Source of the DNA: a virus
Strand: one strand, 5' to 3'
Virus record (IMG/VR): IMGVR_UViG_3300030109_005647
Location: 74,596-138,595 of that record
Length of the DNA: 64,000 nucleotides
Shown: positions 59,147-64,000 of the stretch, piece by piece
Numbering within the stretch: the stretch's first letter is position 1
Layout of the letters: each line of letters begins with the position of its first letter
The notes under the pieces: model-generated
The model's input: only the letters and a program-made list of their open reading frames with translations
Told to the model about the DNA's origin: nothing
The model's database searches: none
Made by a program: the position numbers and the translations under genes

Positions 59147-59880
59147 TATTCGCTCTTTAGCATTTCGCTAATCATATCACGAACAGCATCTTGTAGCGCC
59201 GCTTCATCTAAATCTTCAAGGACTGCTTCTTTGGCTTCTGTTGACATTGGATGAGCTTCTTCTAGGGCACCTTCTTTCTCTTCTTCATCCAACTCTTCTG
59301 GTGCTTCTTCTAGTTGAGCAGTTGCATAGTCAGCATTGGACAGGTCATAAGTGCCCATACCCTCATTTAAAAATGATTTCTCTTTTGGCTTGTATCCCCA
59401 TTTATCCATAAGCATTTCGCCAAATTCTTTACTTCTCCAATTTTTGTAAGACATTTTCTGTTCTCCTTTGGTGTCTTTATCTTTATAATTAGTTTCGTCA
59501 AGTCGATTCTTCAGACGATCTTCAAAATCACGAAAACACATATTTCCTTTTTCGTATGCCTCGCGTTCCATTTCACGCATGTGTGGATCTTTTTGAGCAT
59601 AACCTGGACCAGTAGGACCCATACTCATTAAGTCTCCTCTTTCGTTTTGTAAGTGATGCACCAGTTCGTGAGCGAGAGAGCGAAGACAGTCTTTCATATG
59701 TCTACCAGTGGTGTAAACTGTTATAGATTGTTCTGCTGGATCATAGTGGGCAGTTTTGCCAAGAGGTTTCATGCTATTTTCTTTGTCTTGCGCGAATACT
59801 ATGGTAGGCTTGTTCTGAAGTTTATATCGCTGATGAAAGAATTGTAATAAATCATCAGCATACGTGCGGATATCATTCAT
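59146..59880 (-). CDS. Zincin-like metallopeptidase with acidic C-terminal extension
   Basis: AHYDP...ITVY..GRH.KD.LRSLAHELVHH.Q...EREAY. Confidence 0.75.
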   Translation of the reverse strand: MNDIRTYADDLLQFFHQRYKLQNKPTIVFAQDKENSMKPLGKTAHYDPAEQSITVYTTGRHMKDCLRSLAHELVHHLQNERGDLMSMGPTGPGYAQKDPHMREMEREAYEKGNMCFRDFEDRLKNRLDETNYKDKDTKGEQKMSYKNWRSKEFGEMLMDKWGYKPKEKSFLNEGMGTYDLSNADYATAQLEEAPEELDEEEKEGALEEAHPMSTEAKEAVLEDLDEAALQDAVRDMISEMLKSE

Positions 59881-59884
59881 AAAA

Positions 59885-59892
59885 TAAATAGT
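59885..59892 (-). promoter_or_regulatory. Candidate late promoter ACTATTTA (probably leaderless transcript)
   Basis: 4 nt upstream of ATG at 59880; no SD. Confidence 0.55.
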
Positions 59893-59905
59893 TAGTTATT
59901 TTAGT

Positions 59906-60904
59906 TTAGACTTTATGAGGGGAACGAGAAAACACAACAGACTTAACAAAAGGCACATTGTCCAATCTTTGTGTAATATATTCTTCCATGTGTTTAGCAT
60001 CAATGAACCGTTTAAGAGTGCTGTTTTCATTAACAGCAAAGTGACCGACATTTTCTAGAACATCCATTTTATTAAAAACAACATGAGTTGCTCCATTAAT
60101 ATTAATGGCTTTTTGAAGAAAATTTAAATTCATCCAATTGACTTGCCGGACGCGTCCTGTCGTCGCTCCGTATTCTTGACCTTCTTCTTGTATTTTAGTA
60201 AACACCTCACCTGCAGGTTGGAACTTCTTAGACCCAACATACGTCTCGTAAGATTTAGCTACACCATAGATGTTTCTTACTGTTTGAGGAGGGACACCGT
60301 TCATCAAAGCAGCCGCAGAAATACAGTTTGATGAAGTAACATAAGGATATGAACCCCAATCAATATCTAAGCCAAACCCTTGGGCGCCCTCAAAAAGAAT
60401 AATTGGATTGCCACAGCGTTCATGCAACTCTTCGTATAAATCCATAAGGTAAGGGCGAAGCTCGGGCACGGTTTCAGCCCTAACTCCGGTTCTAGCAAAC
60501 TTATCGCGGTAAGCGGGACCATTACCTCGTTTAGTTGTGCCTATTTTTGTCTCTCTTGCTTCTTCTTCAATATGATTTTGCGTAATAATGTGAGCGTTTT
60601 TAGCGATAAATACAAGACCATCCGTATCAATACCGCCTGCTTTTAGTTCTTCAATCTCTTTGAAAAACTGTTCCACGTTGACGACACACCCCGGACCAAT
60701 AATGGACCGAATGCCAAAAAATACACCGGCAGGTATGTGATGAGTAATAAATTTTTTCCCTCTATGAAAGATAGTGTGCCCTGCATTGCAACCACCATTG
60801 TATCTAATAACATGTGTATATTCTCCTGTTCTACAAAGGTGGTGTGTAACCTTTCCTTTTCCACAATCACCATATTGTAAATCTACAACAATATCTGAAA
60901 TCAT
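59906..60904 (-). CDS. purA: Adenylosuccinate synthetase (short form)
   Basis: DLQYGDCGKGK, RYNGGCNAGHT, IGTTKRGNGPAY.DK, FEGAQG..LDID.G.YPYVTSS, EYGATTGR.R, NKMD; start MISD at 60904 after GGAGG. Confidence 0.95.
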   Translation of the reverse strand: MISDIVVDLQYGDCGKGKVTHHLCRTGEYTHVIRYNGGCNAGHTIFHRGKKFITHHIPAGVFFGIRSIIGPGCVVNVEQFFKEIEELKAGGIDTDGLVFIAKNAHIITQNHIEEEARETKIGTTKRGNGPAYRDKFARTGVRAETVPELRPYLMDLYEELHERCGNPIILFEGAQGFGLDIDWGSYPYVTSSNCISAAALMNGVPPQTVRNIYGVAKSYETYVGSKKFQPAGEVFTKIQEEGQEYGATTGRVRQVNWMNLNFLQKAININGATHVVFNKMDVLENVGHFAVNENSTLKRFIDAKHMEEYITQRLDNVPFVKSVVFSRSPHKV

Positions 60905-60951
60905 AAAACCCTCCAAATGAGGTTTTATTATAACATAAGGGAATAAATAGT
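60905..60951 (-). promoter_or_regulatory. purA leader: ACTATTTA, extended -10 TGTTATAAT, and SD-sequestering hairpin
   Basis: Minus strand ACTATTTA-TTCCCTTA-TGTTATAAT-AAAACCTC-ATTT-GGAGGGTTTT-ATG. Confidence 0.55.
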
Positions 60952-60958
60952 TAAAGAG

Positions 60959-62827
60959 TTAGTTTTCGCCGCAGGCAGTTTCATCGAGGATATCTAGAAG
61001 ATTGGAATACATTTGCTCGGCAGTGGGGACTAAATCAAATTTCTTTGCTTTTGGAAGCGCATCAACAATATCATTCCAGTAAGCATTTCCAAAGCCAGCA
61101 CTAAAAACATAAAAACTAAATTCTGGCGCAGCTTTCATTGAGTCTATAACATCGCTTTGTGTTATCTTTGGAACCAAGTAGCTTTGAGGTTCCTCATCTG
61201 TAAAAACTATTATTACTCTTTTGGTCTCTTCTCTCCACTCTATATTCCAGTTTTCTTTTTCGGGTTCTGAAAGGTTAGCACCTCCCCAGTTTTCAAGCCA
61301 TGCAGCAGAGTTAACATCAAATGTTCCGTTACCAATTAAACTTTGTAGGGAGAGGTATATAGCATCTAAACTTTGCTCGTCTCCACCGTCCATTTGTGTT
61401 GTATCTATGCTTGAAAACGAAGCCATGAAACTTTGAAAGTCAGTTAAATTAATTTCTATTTTTAATTTTTCAACATTTTTTGTTAAGCCTGCATCATACT
61501 CTTCAACAGCAATTAATACTAAACCCCACTTTATGATCTCAGAATCACTGTAATGGACAGCAAACTGACTTAGCGCTGAGAGCACAGCGTTGATATCATT
61601 TAGCATAGAACCTGACATGTCGACAATGAGAAGAATATCAGTAGGCTCAAGTTCTTTTTCTGTTATACCATCACAGTTTGTGTCTTCTCCGTTGCATATG
61701 TCCTCGTCCATCGGGACAACTTCATCCATACACAACTCGGCAACAAACGTGCCGTTCTCGAAATCACTGCCCCAAACTCCTTTATTACAATAAAAATTTC
61801 CAGGCTTGCATATGCCAACACCAAGAGTCTCAGGGGGTCCACTATAACAAATAGAAAACAAGTCCTCATCAACTAATTGATTACAGTTGTCATCATGATT
61901 ATTACAATCCTCTGGCGCTACAGTTCCTAAATATGGATCGCATTTTGTGTCTGGTAGCGTTAGCTCTGGAAACCAGTGACAAGTGGCAAGGCACTCACTC
62001 ATCTTAAAACTTGTGCATTTTTGGTCCTCGCATTCACAAGTTTTGTATCCCTCGCCGCAAACCAATGGAGATTCACCGCAGGGCGCTAATACTCCAACAT
62101 CTTTTTCAGTACAAAAGCATTCTATACCCTCATCGATCTCACCATCACAATCATTATCAAGCCCATCACAAATCTCGTCAAAAGGTTGCTTTGCAGTGCA
62201 AAACCACTGACCTTGAATACAAAACTCTAAATCATCCTCACAAGCAGTTGAACAAGCTTGCACTAAATCTTCATCGGTTAAACCATCGCAATCATTATCT
62301 ATATTATCACAAACTTCTGCCGGTACCGGACCACATAACCCACAGTTATTTAATTGTCCTTCATCTATTTCACCATCACAGTCGTTATCAATACCATCAC
62401 AAATTTCTTCGGTGCAGTTAACAATACATTCAGTATATTGTATCAAACCTTTGACACAAACTTTATCTTGTATTCCTGGCTCGCCCTCTTCATTTAAACA
62501 TGGCGCATCTTTTTCTATTAAATATTGAGTTGGGTTGCATTCAAGTTGTTGTTCACATTCGCCTTGAAATACTATAGTATTTGGTTCTTCACATTCATTA
62601 ATACAAATTTGTTTCCGCCAAACTTCACTTAAATCTTCACAAAAGTACCAGTCGCATTTCACACACGGATCTTGCCATATGGAATACGTGTCTTCTTCAA
62701 CTACAATATCAACTACATCTTTAACATCGGGGACTGCAGGCACAGGACTAGCAGCGACTGGTTCTTTTTTACTGGAACAGGAGGATAATAATATTATACT
62801 AATGAGAAGAAATCTCTTCATCTTCAT
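60959..62827 (-). CDS. Cys-rich lipoprotein with MopE-type (CDGxDNDCDG) repeats and C-terminal vWA domain
   Basis: Lipobox LLSSC; five E.C(D/N)..D..C(D/N)...E repeats; DILLIVDMSGSM MIDAS, VFTDEE. Confidence 0.85.
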   Translation of the reverse strand: MKMKRFLLISIILLSSCSSKKEPVAASPVPAVPDVKDVVDIVVEEDTYSIWQDPCVKCDWYFCEDLSEVWRKQICINECEEPNTIVFQGECEQQLECNPTQYLIEKDAPCLNEEGEPGIQDKVCVKGLIQYTECIVNCTEEICDGIDNDCDGEIDEGQLNNCGLCGPVPAEVCDNIDNDCDGLTDEDLVQACSTACEDDLEFCIQGQWFCTAKQPFDEICDGLDNDCDGEIDEGIECFCTEKDVGVLAPCGESPLVCGEGYKTCECEDQKCTSFKMSECLATCHWFPELTLPDTKCDPYLGTVAPEDCNNHDDNCNQLVDEDLFSICYSGPPETLGVGICKPGNFYCNKGVWGSDFENGTFVAELCMDEVVPMDEDICNGEDTNCDGITEKELEPTDILLIVDMSGSMLNDINAVLSALSQFAVHYSDSEIIKWGLVLIAVEEYDAGLTKNVEKLKIEINLTDFQSFMASFSSIDTTQMDGGDEQSLDAIYLSLQSLIGNGTFDVNSAAWLENWGGANLSEPEKENWNIEWREETKRVIIVFTDEEPQSYLVPKITQSDVIDSMKAAPEFSFYVFSAGFGNAYWNDIVDALPKAKKFDLVPTAEQMYSNLLDILDETACGEN

Positions 62828-62851
62828 ATAATAAATATGTGTTTAAGGGGG

Positions 62852-63217
62852 CTAAGTGTATTCTTTATCTTGTTTTTGTGGTAGTTTTGTGATGCGAGTT
62901 GATATAATACGGTCGCCGTCCGCGTCTTTCATTGTTGATATTTTTTCTGAGACCAGTTGTAAATACGTGAGCGCTCTTCCTGGTTCAACATAAAAACGAA
63001 GGTAGAGATTCATTAATTTATTGTTTTGAGGATCACGCTGAATACCACCTTCACCGGCACGAATAACAGTAACGCCTTCGATTCCACGGATAGCTTCAAA
63101 AACGCGACCATAAAGTTTAGTAGCAGATTCAGCCTTTACAAGAAGTTCTGCTTCATAAACAGACTTTTGTTCGGTGAGGAAATATTTAAAATTTTCAAAA
63201 AGATTTTTCATTATCAT
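62852..63217 (-). CDS. Putative internal head protein with ferredoxin/ACT-like fold
   Basis: Leader MKNLFENFKYFLTE; IRGIEGVTVI pattern. Confidence 0.5.
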   Translation of the reverse strand: MIMKNLFENFKYFLTEQKSVYEAELLVKAESATKLYGRVFEAIRGIEGVTVIRAGEGGIQRDPQNNKLMNLYLRFYVEPGRALTYLQLVSEKISTMKDADGDRIISTRITKLPQKQDKEYT

Positions 63218-63232
63218 AATTAGTCTATTTTA

Positions 63233-63433
63233 TTACAAAACGTGCTCTAATGTAAATTCTAAACACCAAAAAGCTTCGCCATCTGCCCAATAAACTAAAA
63301 CATCGTATATTCTTTCGTCATCTCTGTCGTCATCACGAGCAAACTCTGGGATTTCGTGAGTTTTAACGACAACGCCTATGCTATGTAATAAATCGAACCT
63401 TACAAGGTCCCCAGGTTTAAAGCTGCAGGACAT
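63233..63433 (-). CDS. Small KOW/SH3-like protein
   Basis: FKPGDLVRF....GVVV...V.VYW.DG. Confidence 0.6.
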   Translation of the reverse strand: MSCSFKPGDLVRFDLLHSIGVVVKTHEIPEFARDDDRDDERIYDVLVYWADGEAFWCLEFTLEHVL

Positions 63434-63436
63434 GTT

Positions 63437-64000
63437 TTACTTTTGTTCGGCGGCTTCCTCCAGACTACCGCCAAAACCAGGTGGTGCCGACTTTGCCCTA
63501 TCATATGATGGTTTAGTCATTCCTGGTGAAACATATTTATTACCGCCCTTTCCGATCAGGCGTATTTTCATTTTCCTATAGTTTTTCTTAACTGCTCTTT
63601 GAAAAGGTTCAGTTTGCTCTTTTCTTAATCTTTTTGTTTTTCGCTTTGACGCTTCTTTTCTTTTCTTTGCGTAATCAAAAGCTTTTTTAAGTCTTTTCTT
63701 AACTTTTGGATTTTTTGCATTTTGATATGCCGCTCTTACTCTTTGATGTATGAGGTTGATTATTTGTGATTGTCTTTTGTGCGACTTTGATTTAAAAGAA
63801 GCTTTTGATAAAGTATCTTTAATGTCCTGAACCGTGCTAAACTTTACACTTACAGTATCTTTTGGATTTTCGTCTGTATAGAGTCTTCTACCAGAACCTT
63901 TTGGTTTTTTACCTGTTCCGGTTTTGGGGTCTTTGCCTTCGTTTGTTCTCTCGCCTTTTTTAGAACGAGTTTTTTGATTTTTACAAAACTGCTTCATCGT
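63437..64000 (-). CDS. Highly basic hypothetical protein (probably truncated at window end)
   Basis: Frame is open to the window edge (ACG precedes the ATG at 63997); GTGKKPKGSGRRLYTDENPKDTV segment; ends ...SLEEAAEQK. Confidence 0.55.
   Translation of the reverse strand, partial: TMKQFCKNQKTRSKKGERTNEGKDPKTGTGKKPKGSGRRLYTDENPKDTVSVKFSTVQDIKDTLSKASFKSKSHKRQSQIINLIHQRVRAAYQNAKNPKVKKRLKKAFDYAKKRKEASKRKTKRLRKEQTEPFQRAVKKNYRKMKIRLIGKGGNKYVSPGMTKPSYDRAKSAPPGFGGSLEEAAEQK

Noticed and set aside
59906-60904. PurZ / 2-aminoadenine (Z-genome) pathway
   Set aside because: Catalytic Asp retained (YGDCGKG, not GSxGKG), and GATTGRxR and GTP-type NKMD are present, so this is canonical PurA; no dATPase/MazZ partner nearby
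470-63581. Numerous short plus-strand and nested ORFs in the track
   Set aside because: They lie antisense to or inside long motif-bearing genes, lack SDs and recognisable motifs; treated as shadow ORFs (except the protease)
1-64000. tRNA, rRNA, CRISPR array, IS element, intron or intein
   Set aside because: Intergenic gaps are under about 180 bp with no cloverleaf or repeat-spacer pattern; no transposase, homing endonuclease or intein motifs recognised by eye
1-64000. Stop-codon reassignment
   Set aside because: Standard code gives near-complete coding density with intact ORFs up to 9.5 kb; TAA, TAG and TGA all occur at gene ends

Overview
AT-rich, gene-dense 64 kb segment that reads as part of a large myovirus-type (probably jumbo) bacteriophage genome. 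All credible genes but one lie on the minus strand. Regions in coordinate order: (1) 1-30 kb, baseplate/tail module with very large structural proteins (3173, 1697, ~1137, ~1029 aa), gp6-like and gp25-like wedge proteins, and a split gp5-like hub (spike gene, plus an OB-like/muramidase/SGNH gene). (2) 30-31.8 kb, a gp55-like late sigma factor and small genes. (3) 31.8-49 kb, an 18-gene glycan cluster: UDP-Glc dehydrogenase, epimerase, Maf-like and GT29-like transferases, SIS-HAD, HpcH aldolase, CMP-sugar synthetase, a plant GXM-like DUF579 methyltransferase and seven further GT genes, with no export or lipid-carrier genes. (4) 49-64 kb, Cas4-like nuclease, PIN-PhoH, lipoprotein protease, putative head-packaged proteins with shared leaders, an RNA-ligase/HIGH-NTase fusion, PurA and a myxobacterial-type Cys-rich vWA lipoprotein. 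The best candidate for a new system is phage-encoded virion O-glycosylation: the cluster plus a recurrent [S/T]-[G/A/S]-S motif in two baseplate proteins. A TATTTA motif occurs in every larger intergenic gap and is a candidate late promoter. All family assignments come from motif recognition by eye; no searches were run.
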